30,978 nt of DNA from an uncultured virus (IMG/VR IMGVR_UViG_3300036766_002285). Its lineage: Duplodnaviria; Heunggongvirae; Uroviricota; Caudoviricetes. A model generated the notes under the pieces. It did no database searches and was not told the origin of the DNA. It was given only the letters and a program-made list of their open reading frames with translations. How positions within the stretch are numbered: position 1 is the stretch's first letter; every line of letters starts with the position of its first letter. Positions 11,801-26,800 of this stretch are shown piece after piece. The position numbers were made by a program, and so were the translations under genes. The stretch lies in IMG/VR virus record IMGVR_UViG_3300036766_002285. The stretch is one strand, 5' to 3'.

Positions 11801-14800
11801 CCTGGAGCACCAACAACACTTGTTGGAGCATTTGGTACCGTTCTTGGTGTTACTGCAGCTGATACAACAGATGTTGCACCAGTTCCAGCAGCATTACTTG
11901 CACTTACCCTAAATGTGTAAGCAGTACCGTTTGTTAGCCCAGTAACTGTTGTTGAAGCTGTTGTTGATGTACCATCAGCAAATACAATCCAGTTGGTATC
12001 ATCCAAAGAAGACTCAATCACATAATCAGTAATAGCTGAACCACCAGTTGAAGCCGGAGCTGACCACGTAAGAGAAACTTGTGTATCTCCAGGAGTACCC
12101 GCAACAGAAGTTGGAGCACTTGGTACAGTTCTTGGAATTACAGCAGCTGACACAGTTGATGCAACACCAGTTCCAGCAGCATTAGATGCACTTACACGGA
12201 ACGTGTATGAAGTGCCATTGGTTAGACCAGTAACTGTTGTTGACGCTGTAGTAGAAACTCCATCAGCAAACGTTGCAAAACCTCCACCGTCATTAAATTC
12301 AACAACGTAGTCGGTTATTGCAGATCCACCAGTTGACCCAGGTGCTGACCAGCTTAGGGATACTTGAGTATTACCAGGAGTTCCAACAACTGATGTTGGG
12401 GCACTAGGTACTGTAGCTGGAATAATTGATGCAGATGCAGCAGATACTGCACCCGTTCCAGCAGCATTAACAGCACTCACACGAAACGTGTATGAAGTAC
12501 CGTTCGTAAGTCCAGTCACTGTAGCACTAGCTGAAGTTGAAGTACCATCAGCAAATACATGCCAAGACCCATCATTATACTCAACAACATAGTCTGTAAT
12601 TGCATTTCCACCATTAACTGCTGGTGCACTCCATGTTAAAGAAACTTGTGTGTCACCAGGAGTTCCAACAACAGATGTTGGAGCATTTGGTACCGTTCTT
12701 GGTGTTACTGCAGCTGATACAACAGATGTTGCACCAGTTCCAGCAGCATTACTTGCACTTACCCTAAATGTGTAAGCAGTACCGTTTGTTAGCCCAGTAA
12801 CTGTTGTTGAAGCTGTTGTTGATGTACCATCAGCAAATACAATCCAGTTAGTATCATCTAATGAAGACTCAATCACATAGTCAGTAATAGCTGAACCACC
12901 AGTAACTCCTGGTGCACTCCATGTTAGAGAAACTTGGGTGTTACCGGGTGTACCGGCTACTGATGTTGGAGCATTTGGTACAGTACGTGGTGTTACTGCA
13001 GCTGATACCGTAGAGGTGGCTCCAGTACCTGCAGCATTAATTGCACTCACACGGAATGTGTATGAAGTACCGTTCGTAAGGCCAGTAACTGTAGTTGCTG
13101 CTGATGCTGAAACACCATCTGTGAACGTTGCCCACGACACGCCATTATTAAATTCAACTAGATAGTCAGTGATAGCAGCTCCACCATTATTTGCAGGAGC
13201 GCTCCATGTTAGAGAAACCTGTGAAGCACCTGGAGTACCAGAAACAGCCGTTGGTGCATCTGGAGTTGTAGCAGGAGTTACAGCACTTGAAACAGTAGAA
13301 TAGTTACCAGCTCCAGCAGCATTAGTTGCACTCACACGGAATGTGTAAGCAGTACCGTTTGTTAAGCCAGTAACTGTAGTAGACGCTGAAGTAGATACTC
13401 CATCAGTAAAGGTTGTATAGTTTGTACCATCTGTAGATGATTGTATAGTGTAGTCAGTAATGGCAGATCCACCATTTGATGCAGGAGCAGACCAAGTTAG
13501 TGATACTTGTGAAGGGCCTGGAGTACCAGCAACAGATGTAGGTGCACTTGGAGAAGTACGTGGTGTTACGCCAGCCGATACAGTTGATAGTGCACCAGTT
13601 CCAGCAGCATTAATCGCACTCACTCTAAATGTGTGACTTGTACCGTTCACTAAACCAGTAACTGTAGCAGATGTTGAAGTAGATACTCCATCAGTGAATG
13701 TTGCCCAGCCTCCGCCATCATTAAATTCAACTAGGTAATCAGTAATTGCAGATCCACCATTTGATCCAGGAGCAGACCAAGTTAGTGATACTTGTGAAGG
13801 GCCTGGAGTACCAGCAACAGATGTTGGAGCTCCTGGTACTGTACGTGGTGTTACTGCAGCTGACACTGTTGATAGTGCACCCGTTCCAGCAACGTTACTT
13901 GCACTCACTCTAAATGTGTAAGCAGTACCGTTAGTAAGTCCGGTCACCGTAGTAGATGCTGAAGTTGAAGTACCGTCAGCAAACACGATCCAGTTTGTAT
14001 CATCCAAAGAAGATTCAACTACGTAATCTGTAATTGCAGATCCACCAGTAATTGCAGGCGCTGACCATGTTAGAGAAACTTGCGTGTCGCCAGGAGTTCC
14101 AGCAACAGATGTTGGTGCGTTCGGTACTGTTCTTGGAATTACTGCAGCTGAGACTGTTGACAATGCTCCAGTTCCAGCAGCATTAGTTGCACTCACTCTA
14201 AATGTATATGAAGTACCGTTAGTTAAAGAAGTTACAGTTGCTGATGTTGATGTTGAAACTCCATCACTAAATGTTGCAAAGCCTCCGCCATCATTAAATT
14301 CAACTAAGTAATCAGTAATTGCAGATCCACCATTTGATCCAGGTGCTGTCCATGTTAGAGAAACTTGTGTATTACCAGGAGTTCCTACCACGCTTGTTGG
14401 TGCACCCGGTACTGTTCTTGGAATTACTGCAGCCGACACACTCGATGCCACGCCAGTTCCAGCTACGTTTGTTGCACTCACTCTAAAGGTGTATGAAGTA
14501 CCGTTTGTTAGACCAGTTACAGTTGTTGAAGCTGTTGTTGAAGTACCGTCAGCAAATGTGTGCCAAGTTCCATCATTGTATTCTACCAAGTAATCAGTAA
14601 TTGCAGCTCCACCATTTGATCCCGGTGCTGTCCATGTTAGAGATACTTGAGTATCCCCAAGAGTACCAGCAACTGAAGTTGGCGCACCAGGTACTGTTCT
14701 TGGTGTAACTGCAGCTGATACAGTTGATGTAGTTCCAGTACCCGCAGCGTTGCTTGCACTCACTCGGAAGGTGTATGGAGTACCATTGGTTAGACCAGTG

Positions 14801-17800
14801 ACAGTTGCACTCGTTGATGTTGAAGTACCGTCGGCAAATACTATCCAGTTGGTATCATCCAAAGAAGATTCAATTACATAGTCAGTGATAGCTGATCCAC
14901 CAGTAACTGCTGGTGCCGACCATGTTAGAGATACTTGTGAAGAACCCGGAGTACCAGCAACTGATGTTGGCGCATTAGGTACTGTACGTGGTGTAACTGC
15001 GGCGGAAACAACAGATGTAGTTCCAGTACCTGCAATATTACTTGCACTCACACGGAATGTGTAAGCAGTACCGTTAGTAAGTCCGGTCACCGTAGTTGAA
15101 GCTGATGTTGAAGTACCGTCAGCAAACACTATCCAATTAGTGTCATCCAAAGAAGATTCAACCACGTAATCTGTAAGCGCAGATCCACCATTATTTGCAG
15201 GAGCTGACCATGTTAGCGATACTTGCGTGTTACCAGGAGTTCCGACAACTGATGTTGGCGCATTAGGTACTGTACGTGGTGTAACTGCGGCGGAAACAAC
15301 AGATGTAGTTCCAGTACCTGCAATATTACTTGCACTCACACGGAATGTGTAAGCAGTACCGTTAGTAAGTCCGGTCACCGTAGTTGAAGCTGATGTTGAA
15401 GTACCGTCAGCAAACACTATCCAATTAGTGTCATCCAAAGAAGATTCAACCACGTAATCTGTAAGCGCAGATCCACCATTATTTGCAGGAGCTGACCATG
15501 TTAGAGAAACTTGTGAAGGACCTGGAGTACCGGCAACAGATGTTGGAGCATTTGGTACTGTTCTTGGAATTACCGCAGCAGACACGCTCGATGCAACACC
15601 AGTTCCAGCTACGTTGGTTGCACTCACTCTAAAGGTGTATGAAGTACCGTTTGTTAGACCAGTAACTGTGGTTGAAGCTGTTGTTGAGACTCCGTCACTA
15701 AATGTTGCAAAGCCTCCACCATCATTAAATTCAACTAGATAGTCAGTTATTGCAGATCCACCAGTTGAAGCTGGCGCGCTCCATGTTAGAGAAACTGTAG
15801 TGTTACCTGGAGTACCCGCAACTGATGTTGGTGCACCCGGTACTGTACGTGGTGTTACACCAGCAGACACGCTCGATGCAACACCAGTTCCAGATACGTT
15901 TGTAGCACTTACACGGAAGGTGTAAGCAGTACCATTGGTTAAGCCTGTTACGGTTGTTGAGGCTGTAGCAGATACTCCATCAGTAAATGTAGCCCAAGTA
16001 TCACCATCATTAAATTCAACTAAGTAATCGGTAATTGCAGACCCACCATTAAATGCAGGAGCGCTCCATGTTAGAGATACTTGTGTATCACCAGGAGTTC
16101 CAGCAACAGATGTCGGTGCGTTTGGTACTGTACGTGGGATGACTGCAGAAGATACTGTTGAAGTAGCACCGGTACCAGCAGCATTAATTGCACTTACACG
16201 GAATGTGTGACTTGTACCATTTACTAAACCAGTAACAGTTGTTGCAGCTGTTGTTGATACGCCGTCTGTAAATGCTGCCCAACCTCCACCATCATTAAAT
16301 TCTACTAAGTAGTCTGTAATTACAGATCCACCAGTTGAAGCAGGTGCTGACCATGTTAGAGAGACTATTGTATTTCCTGGAGTACCAGCAACTGAAGTTG
16401 GCGCACCTGGCACTGTACGCGGCGTTACTCCAGCAGATACACTCGATGCAACACCAGTACCAGCTACGTTGGTTGCACTCACTCTAAATGTGTAAGCAGT
16501 ACCGTTCGTAAGTCCAGTAACTGTTGCACTAGCTGAAGTTGAAGTACCGTCCGCAAATACAATCCAGTTAGTGTCGTCCAGTGAAGATTCAATTACATAA
16601 TCAGTGATTGCAGACCCACCTGTTGAAGCAGGCGTTGACCATGTTAGAGAAACTTGGGTGTTACCAGCTGTTCCAGCAACAGAAGTAGGTGCTCCAGGTA
16701 CTGTGCGTGGAGTTACTCCAGCTGACACAGTTGATGTAGTTCCAGTACCAGCAGCATTAGATGCACTTACTCTAAATGTGTAAGCAGTACCGTTTGTTAG
16801 GCCAGTAACGGTTGTTGAAGCAGATGTTGAAGTACCATCAGCAAACACAATCCAGTTGGTATCATCTAGTGAAGATTCGATCACATAGTCTGTAATAGCT
16901 GATCCACCTGTTGAAGCAGGTGCTGACCATGTTAGAGAAACTTGTGTATTTCCCGGAGTACCAGCTACTGAAGTTGGAGCACCCGGTACTGTACGGGGTA
17001 TTACAGCTGCTGATGTTGTAGATACTGCTCCGGTACCAGCTACGTTAGTTGCACTTATTCTAAAAGTATATGAAGTACCATTGGTTAGCCCTGTTACCGT
17101 AGCAGATGTTGAAGTAGATACACCATCAGTAAAGGTTGCAAAACCTCCACCATCATTAAATTCTACCAAGTAATCAGTGATTGCACTCCCACCATTAACT
17201 GCTGGAGCACTCCATGTTAGAGATACTGTAGTGTTGCCAGGAGTACCGGCCACTGATGTTGGTGCATTAGGTACCGTACGTGGTGTAACTGCTGCAGACA
17301 CAGTTGACAATGCACCAGTACCTGCAGCATTGATTGCACTCACACGGAACGTGTGGCTTGTGCCATTCACTAAACCAGTAACTGTAGCAGATGCTGAAGT
17401 AGACACTCCATCAGTGAAGGTTGCAAAACCTCCACCGTCATTGAATTCAACTAAGTAATCAGTTATTGCTGAACCACCATTGACTGCTGGAGCTGACCAT
17501 GTTAGAGAAACTTGAGTGTTACCTGGAGTTCCTACAACAGACGTAGGAGCATCAGGCACTGTTCTTGGAGTCACGCTAGCTGATACAACAGATGTAGTTC
17601 CAGCACCTGCAACGTTACTTGCACTTACTCTAAATGTGTAAGCAGTACCGTTTGTTAAATCAGTTACCGTAGCAGATGCTGAAGTTGAAGTTCCGTCAGC
17701 AAACACGATCCAGTTGGTATCATCTAGTGAAGATTCGATTATATAGTCAGTAATTGCAGATCCACCATTATTTGCTGGAGCACTCCATGTTAGAGATACT

Positions 17801-20800
17801 TGAGTGTTACCTGGAGTACCAACAACAGATGTTGGTGCATTAGGTACTGTTCTTGGAGTCACGCTAGCTGATACAACAGATGTAGTTCCAGCACCTGCAA
17901 CGTTACTTGCACTTACTCTAAATGTGTAAGCAGTACCGTTTGTTAAACCAGTTACCGTAGCAGATGCTGAAGTTGAAGTTCCGTCAGCAAACACGATCCA
18001 GTTGGTATCATCTAGTGAAGATTCGATTATATAGTCAGTAATTGCAGATCCACCATTATTTGCTGGAGCACTCCATGTTAGAGATACTGTAGTGTTGCCA
18101 GGAGTACCGGCCACTGATGTTGGTGCATTAGGTACCGTACGTGGTGTAACTGCTGCAGACACAGTTGACAATGCACCAGTACCTGCAGCATTGATTGCAC
18201 TCACACGGAACGTGTGGCTTGTGCCATTCACTAAACCAGTAACTGTAGCAGATGCTGAAGTAGACACTCCATCAGTGAAGGTTGCAAAACCTCCACCGTC
18301 ATTGAATTCAACTAAGTAATCAGTTATTGCTGAACCACCATTGACTGCTGGAGCTGACCATGTTAGAGAAACTTGAGTGTTACCTGGAGTTCCTACAACA
18401 GACGTAGGAGCATCAGGCACTGTACGTGGCGTAACTGCAGCCGATACTGTCGAAGCCGAACCAGTACCAGCAGCATTGATTGCACTTACTCGGAACGTGT
18501 GACTGGTACCATTCACTAAACCTGTAACTGTAGCAGATGTTGAAGTAGATACTCCATCAGTGAAGGTTGCAAAACCTCCACCATCATTAAATTCTACCAA
18601 GTAGTCAGTTATTGCTGATCCACCATTGTTTGCTGGAGCACTCCAGGTTAGAGAAACTGATGTGTTACCAGGAGTACCTACAACTGATGTTGGTGCGTTA
18701 GGTACTGTACGTGGTGTAACTGCTGCAGACACGGTTGATGTTGCCCCAGTTCCAGCAACGTTGCTTGCACTCACTCTAAATGTATATGCAGTACCGTTCG
18801 TAAGTCCGGTTACTGTTGTTGATGTTGAAGTTGAAGTTCCGTCAGCAAATACAATCCAGTTAGTATCATCTAGTGAAGATTCAATTACATAGTCAGTGAT
18901 TGCAGATCCACCATTGTTTGCTGGAGCTGACCAGGTTAGAGAAACTTGGGTGTTACCAGGAGTACCGGCCACAGAGGTCGGTGCATTAGGTACCGTACGT
19001 GGTGTTACTGCAGCTGACACTGTTGATGCAGCACCAGTACCTGCGGCATTAATTGCACTTACTCTAAATGTGTGGCTTGTGCCATTCACTAAACCAGTAA
19101 CTGTAGCAGATGTTGAAGTAGATACTCCATCAGTGAAGGTTGCAAAACCTCCACCATCATTAAATTCTACCAAGTAATCAGTGATTGCACTCCCACCATT
19201 GTTTGCTGGAGCAGACCATGTTAGAGAAACTTGGGTGTTACCAGGAGTACCGGCCACTGATGTTGGTGCATTAGGTACAGTACGCGGTGTAACTGCTGAA
19301 GACACGGTTGATGTTGCCCCAGTTCCAGCAACGTTGGCTGCACTCACTCTAAATGTGTAAGCAGTACCATTCGTAAGTCCGGTTACTGTTGTTGATGCCG
19401 ATGTTGAAGTACCGTCGCTGAATGTTATCCAGTCAGTACCATTAATTGAATGCTCAATAATATAATCTGTAACAGCAGAACCACCATTTGATCCTGGTGC
19501 GCTCCATGTTAGAGATGCCTGTGTGTTACCAGGAGTACCAACTACTGATGTTGGAGCCCCCGGTACTACTGCTGGAGTCACGCTAGCTGATACAGAAGAC
19601 GCAACACCAGTACCCGCTACGTTTACTGCACTCACTCTAAATGTATAAGCAGTACCGTTTGTAAGTCCAGTTACAGTTGTTGAAGCTGTAGTAGAAGTTC
19701 CATCAGCAAATACTATCCAGTTGGTGTCATCTAGCGAAGATTCAATTACATAATCAGTAATCGCACTTCCACCAGTTGAAGCCGGTGCTGACCATGTTAG
19801 AGAAACTTGAGAGTTTCCTAAAGCTCCTACAACAGATGTTGGGGCACCTGGTACTGTACGTGGAATTACGCTAGCTGACACTGTCGATGGAACACCAGTT
19901 CCAGTAGCATTGGTTGCGCTTACTCTAAATGTGTATGAAGTACCATTCGTTAGACCAGTTACAGTTGTCGAAGCTGTAGTTGAAGTACCATCAACAAAAG
20001 TGTGCCAAGTGCCATCATTGTATTCTATTTCATAATCAGTAATTGCAGAGCCACCAATATTAGAAGGTGCTGACCATGTTAGAGAAACTTGGGTATTACC
20101 TGGAGTACTAACCACTGATGTTGGAGCACCAGGCACCGCTACAGGCGTTACTGAAGAAGATGTAGCTGACACTGCACCAGTTCCAGCGACGTTTATTGCA
20201 CTTACTCTAAATGTGTAAGCAGTACCGTTCGTAAGTCCAGTTACTGTTGTTGAAGCTGATGTTGAAACCCCATCAGTAAATGTGTGCCATGTTCCGTCAT
20301 TATATTCAACTAAGTAGTCAGTAATTGCTGATCCGCCATTTGATGCCGGAGCTGTCCATGTTAAATACACTAAAGCGTTGCCCGGATCCCCCACAACACT
20401 TGTTGGTGCTCCCGGAACTGTACGTGGAGTAACTGAACTAGAGACTGTTGATGTTGCACCAGTACCTGCAGCATTAGACGCACTTACTCTAAATGTGTAA
20501 GCGGTACCGTTCGTAAGTCCAGTTACAGTTGTTGACGCTGTAGTAGAAACTCCATCAGCAAATACGATCCAGTTAGTGTCGTCCAATGAAGATTCAATTA
20601 CGTAGTCCGTGATTGCAGACCCACCTGTTGAAGCGGGCGCTGACCAGGTTAGAGAAACTTGGGTGTTACCAGCTGTTCCAGCAACAGAGGTTGGTGCTCC
20701 AGGTACTGTACGTGGTGTCACACTAGCAGATACAGTTGACAATGCTCCAGTACCTGCAGCATTGCTTGCACTCACTCTAAAGGTATAAGCAGTACCATTT

Positions 20801-23800
20801 GTTAGACCAGTTACAGTTGTTGATGCTGTAGCAGAAGTACCATCAGCAAACACGATCCAGTTAGTATCGTCTAGTGAAGATTCAATTACATAATCAGTAA
20901 TTGCACTTCCACCAGTTGAAGCCGGTGCTGACCATGTTAGTGCTACTTGTGAAGGACCTGGCGTTCCAGCAACAGATGTTGGGGCACCTGGCACTGTACG
21001 TGGGGTAACCGATGCTGACACTGTGGAACTTGCACCAGTACCTGCGGCATTAATTGCACTTACTCTAAATGTGTGACTTGTACCATTCACTAAGCCTGTT
21101 ACTGTAGCAGATGTTGAAGTAGATACTCCATCAGTGAAGGTTGCAAAACCTCCACCATCATTAAATTCAACTAGGTAGTCTGTGATGGCTGAACCACCAT
21201 TAACTGCTGGAGCACTCCATGTTAGAGAAACTTGGGTGTTACCAGGAGTTCCTACAACAGAAGTTGGTGCGTTAGGTACTGTACGTGGTGTAACGGCTGA
21301 AGACACAACAGATGTTGCCCCAGTACCTGCAACGTTACTTGCACTCACACGGAAAGTGTAAGCAGTACCGTTAGTTAGACCTGTCACTGTTGCACTTGCA
21401 GATGTTGAAGTACCATCAGCAAACACAATCCAGTTAGTATCATCTAGTGAAGATTCGATTACATAATCAGTGATTGCTGAACCACCATTAACTGCTGGCG
21501 CTGCCCATGTTAGAGAAACTTGAGTGTTACCAGGAGTACCTACAACTGATGTTGGTGCGTTAGGCACTGTACGTGGTGTAACTGCAGCTGATACCGCGGA
21601 TGGAGTTGTATCAACACCATTAATACTATTCATTTGGAAATAATAAGCTGTACCATTTGTTAAACCGGTTTTAGTATAGGACACATCAGATGCGGTTCCC
21701 ATAGTGTTGAAAGTACATCCAACGGACATATCGACATCCGTGCAAGTAACTAACTGTAATGAAGTTCTAGGAGCAGCTGCAGAAGTAGATCCGTTAGTCC
21801 ATGTTAGCGATATTTGTGTATTACCTGGAGTTCCGGCCACACTTGTAGCAGCACTAGGGGCCGCAATAGGAGTTTTTGAAGCAGATGTTGCCGACATAGC
21901 TCCAGTTCCAGCGGCGTTAATTGCACTTACACGGAACGTGTATGAAGTACCATTAGTTAAACCTGTTACAGTTGTACTAGTTGCTGTAGATGTACCATCA
22001 GCAAAAGTATTCCATGTTCCATTATTATACTCTACCAAGTAGTCAGTGATTGCAGACCCGCCATTAGATCCTGGAGCACTCCATGTTAGAGAAATTTGTG
22101 AAGTTCCTACAGTACCCACAACAGACGTCGGAGCATCAGGCACTGTACGTGGCGTAACTGCAGCCGATACTGTCGAAGCCGAACCAGTACCAGCAGCATT
22201 GATTGCGCTCACTCTAAATGTGTGACTTGTACCATTCACTAAACCAGTAACTGTAGCAGATGTTGATGTAGATACACCATCAGTAAAGGTTGCAAAACCT
22301 CCACCATCATTAAATTCAACTAGGTAGTCTGTAATTGCTGATCCGCCATTTGATGCCGGAGCTGACCATGTTAGAGAAACTTGGGTGTTACCAGGAGTAC
22401 CAACTACTGATGTTGGTGCGTTAGGTACTGTACGTGGTGTAACGGCTGAAGACACAACAGATGTTGCCCCAGTACCTGCAACGTTACTTGCACTCACACG
22501 GAAAGTGTAAGCAGTACCGTTAGTTAGACCTGTCACTGTTGCACTTGCAGATGTTGAAGTACCATCAGCAAACACAATCCAGTTAGTATCATCTAGTGAA
22601 GATTCGATTACATAATCAGTGATTGCTGAACCACCATTAACTGCTGGCGCTGCCCATGTTAGAGAAACTTGAGTGTTACCAGGAGTACCTACAACTGATG
22701 TTGGTGCGTTAGGCACTGTACGTGGTGTAACTGCAGCAGACACAGTTGACAATGCACCAGTACCTGCAGCATTGATTGCACTTACTCTAAATGTGTGACT
22801 TGTACCATTCACTAGACCAGTAACTGTAGCAGAAGTTGAAGTTGATACACCATCAGTGAATGTTGCAAATCCTCCACCATCATTAAATTCAACTAAGTAA
22901 TCAGTTATTGCAGATCCACCTGTTGACGCTGGAGCCGACCATGTTAGAGATACCTGGGTGTTACCTGGAGTACCGGCAACTGCTGTTGGAGCACCCGGTA
23001 CTGTACGAGGAGTTACGCCAGCTGACACTGTTGATACAGCACCAGTACCTACAGCATTGATTGCACTTACTCGGAACGTGTGACTTGTACCGTTTACTAA
23101 ACCTGTAACAGTTGCAGATGTTGAAGTAGATACTCCGTCAGTGAATGTTGCAAATCCTCCACCATCATTGAATTCAACCAGGTAATCTGTGATTGCACTT
23201 CCACCATTAACTGCTGGAGCTGACCATGTTAAAGAAACTTGAGTGTTACCAGGAGTACCTACAACTGCTGTTGGTGCGTTAGGCACTGTACGTGGTGTAA
23301 CTGCTGCAGACACGGTTGATGTTGTTCCAGTACCTGCAGCATTACTTGCACTCACTCTAAAGGTATAAGCAGTACCATTAGTTAAACCAGTAACTGTTGT
23401 TGAAGCAGATGTAGAAGTACCATCAGCAAACACAACCCAGTTAGTATCGTCTAGTGAAGATTCAATTACATAATCAGTGATGGCAGATCCACCAGTTGAA
23501 GCTGGTGCTGACCATGTTAGAGAAACTTGTGTATCGCCAAAAGTGCCAGCAACAGAAGTAGGTGCTCCAGGTACTGTGCGTGGAGTTACTCCAGCTGACA
23601 CTGTCGATGGAACACCAGTTCCAGTAGCATTAGATGCACTCACTCTAAATGTATAAGCAGTACCGTTAGTTAGGCCAGTAACTGTTGTTGAAGCAGATGT
23701 TGAAGTACCATCAGCAAACACAATCCAGTTGGTATCATCTAGTGAAGATTCGATTACATAGTCTGTGATTGTAGATCCACCAGTTGAAGCAGGTGCTGAC

Positions 23801-26800
23801 CAGCTTAGAGAAACCTGGGTGTTACCAGGAGTACCAACAACAGATGTTGGAGCACCCGGTACTGTGCGTGGTGTAACTGCTGAAGATACGCTGGATGCAA
23901 CACCAGTTCCAGCTATGTTAATAGCACTCACTCTAAAGGTGTATGCAGTACCGTTAGTTAAACCAGTAACTGTTGTTGATGCTGATGTTGAAACTCCATC
24001 TGTAAATGTGGCCCAACTATTTCCATCATTAAATTCTACCAAATAGTCTGTAATTGCAGATCCACCAGTAACTGCCGGAGCTGACCAGCTTAGAGAAACT
24101 TGTGTATTACCAGCTGTTCCTATAACTGATGTTGGTGCACCCGGTACTGTTCTTGGTGTAACTGCAGCTGATACTGTTGAAGCAGCTCCAGTACCCGCAG
24201 CATTAATTGCACTCACTCTAAATGTGTGGCTAGTACCATTCACTAGACCAGTTACTGTAGCAGATGTTGAAGTTGAAACTCCATCGCTAAATGTAGCCCA
24301 ACTTCCGCCGTCATTAAATTCTACCAAGTAATCTGTAATAGCACTTCCACCAGTTGAAGCAGGTGCTGACCAGGTTAGAGAAACCTGGGTATCGCCAGGA
24401 GTACCAGCAACAGAAGTTGGTGCACCAGGTACTGTTCGTGGTGTTACTGCTGAAGATACTGTAGACACAGTACCAGTACCCGCAGCATTAATTGCACTCA
24501 CTCTAAATGTGTGGCTAGTACCATTCACTAGACCAGTTACTGTAGCAGATGTTGAAGTTGAAACTCCATCGCTAAATGTAGCCCAACTTCCGCCGTCATT
24601 AAATTCTACCAAGTAATCTGTAATAGCACTTCCACCAGTTGAAGCAGGTGCTGACCAGGTTAGAGAAACCTGAGTATCGCCAGGAGTACCAGCAACAGAA
24701 GTTGGTGCACCAGGTACTGTACGAGGAACAACCGCCCCAGATACTGTTGATGCTGCACCAGTTCCTATAGCATTGATTGCACTTACTCTAAAAGTATGGC
24801 TTGTACCATTTACTAAACCAGTTACTGTTGCACTAGCAGAAGTTGACACACCATCGCTAAATGTGGCCCAACCTCCACCATCATTAAATTCTACCAAGTA
24901 ATCAGTAATTGCTGATCCACCATTGCTTGCAGGTGCTGACCATGTTAGAGAAACTTGTGTATCACCAGGAGTACCAGCAACAGATGTTGGTGCACCTGGT
25001 ACTGTACGAGGAACAACCGCCCCAGATACTGTTGATGCTGCACCAGTTCCTATAGCATTGATTGCACTTACTCTAAAAGTATGGCTTGTACCATTTACTA
25101 AACCAGTTACTGTTGCACTAGCAGAAGTTGACACACCATCACTAAATGTTGCCCAACCACCACCATCGTTGAATTCAACTAGATAGTCAGTAATTGCAGA
25201 TCCACCTGTTGAAGCAGGTGCTGACCATGTTAGTGATACTTGGGTGTTACCAGGAGTTCCAGCAACTGAAGTTGGTGCACCAGGTACTGTACGTGGTGTA
25301 ATGCCGGCACTGGTTGCTGAGTTAGTAGAACCATAACTATTGATACTGGTTACTTCAAACCAGTAGGTAGTACCATTGGTAAGACCAGTAATTGAGTGAG
25401 CAGTATCACCTGCTGCAAATGATGTAGTTGTAACGCAGCCAACTTGCATAGCAGAGTTGGTACAATAATCTATAGAAATACTGGTTCGTGGTTTAGCAGA
25501 TGTAGTAGAACCGTTTGTCCATGTAAGATCTACTTGAGTATCTGCACCAGTTCCAGCAACTGTTGTTGCAGCATTAGGTTGAGAAATTGGTGTGACCGCA
25601 GATGAAGTGGCTGTTGCTCCAGCTCCAACTGCGTTAACAGCACTTACTCTAAAAGTGTATGCAGTTCCATTAGCTAAACCAGTTACAGTTGCTGATGCTG
25701 ACGTGGAAACTCCGTCAGTGAAAGTTGCCCAATCTACACCATCATTGAACTCTACCAAGTAATCGGTAATTGCAGACCCACCATTAGATCCTGGAGCTGA
25801 CCATGTTAGAGAAACTTGTGAAGTACCAGCTGTACCAACAACAGAGGTTGGAGCATTAGGTACTGTTCTTGGGGTAACGGCTGAAGATACAACAGAGGTA
25901 GTTCCAGTACCCGCAACGTTAGTTGCACTTACTCTAAATGTGTAAGCCGTACCGTTGGTTAGGCCAGTAACTGTTGTTGAAGCAGATGTTGAAGTACCAT
26001 CAGCAAATACGATCCAGTTGGTATCATCTAATGAAGATTCAATCACATAATCAGTAATTGCACTTCCACCAGTTGAGGCCGGTGCTGACCATGTTAGAGA
26101 AACTTGGGTGTTGCCAGGAGTTCCAGCAACAGAAGTTGGTGCACCCGGTACGGTGCGTGGCGTCACTGCTGAAGATACTGTAGATGTTGCCCCAGTACCT
26201 GCTGCATTACTTGCACTCACTCTAAATGTATAGGCAGTACCGTTAGTTAGACCTGTCACTGTTGCACTTGCAGATGTTGAAGTACCATCAGCAAACACGA
26301 TCCAGTTAGTATCATCCAAAGAGGACTCAACTATATAATCTGTAATTGCACTTCCACCATTAACTGCTGGAGCTGACCAGGTTAGAGAAACTTGGGTATT
26401 ACCAGGAGTACCGGCCACTGATGTTGGAGCATTAGGCACTGTACGTGGTGTTACCGATGCTGACACAGTTGATGTAGCACCAGTACCAGCAGCATTGATT
26501 GCACTTACTCTAAATGTGTAAGGTGTACCATTAGTTAGACCAGTGACTGTTATTGATGCTGTAGATGAAGTTCCATCAGCAAACACGATCCAGTTAGTAT
26601 CATCTAATGAAGATTCAATTATATAATCAGTAATCGCACTTCCACCAGTTGAAGCAGGTGCTGACCATGTTAGAGAAACTTGGGTATTACCAGGAGTACC
26701 GGCCACTGATGTTGGAGCATTAGGCACTGTACGTGGTGTTACCGATGCTGACACAGTTGATGTAGCACCAGTACCAGCAGCATTGGTTGCACTCACTCTA

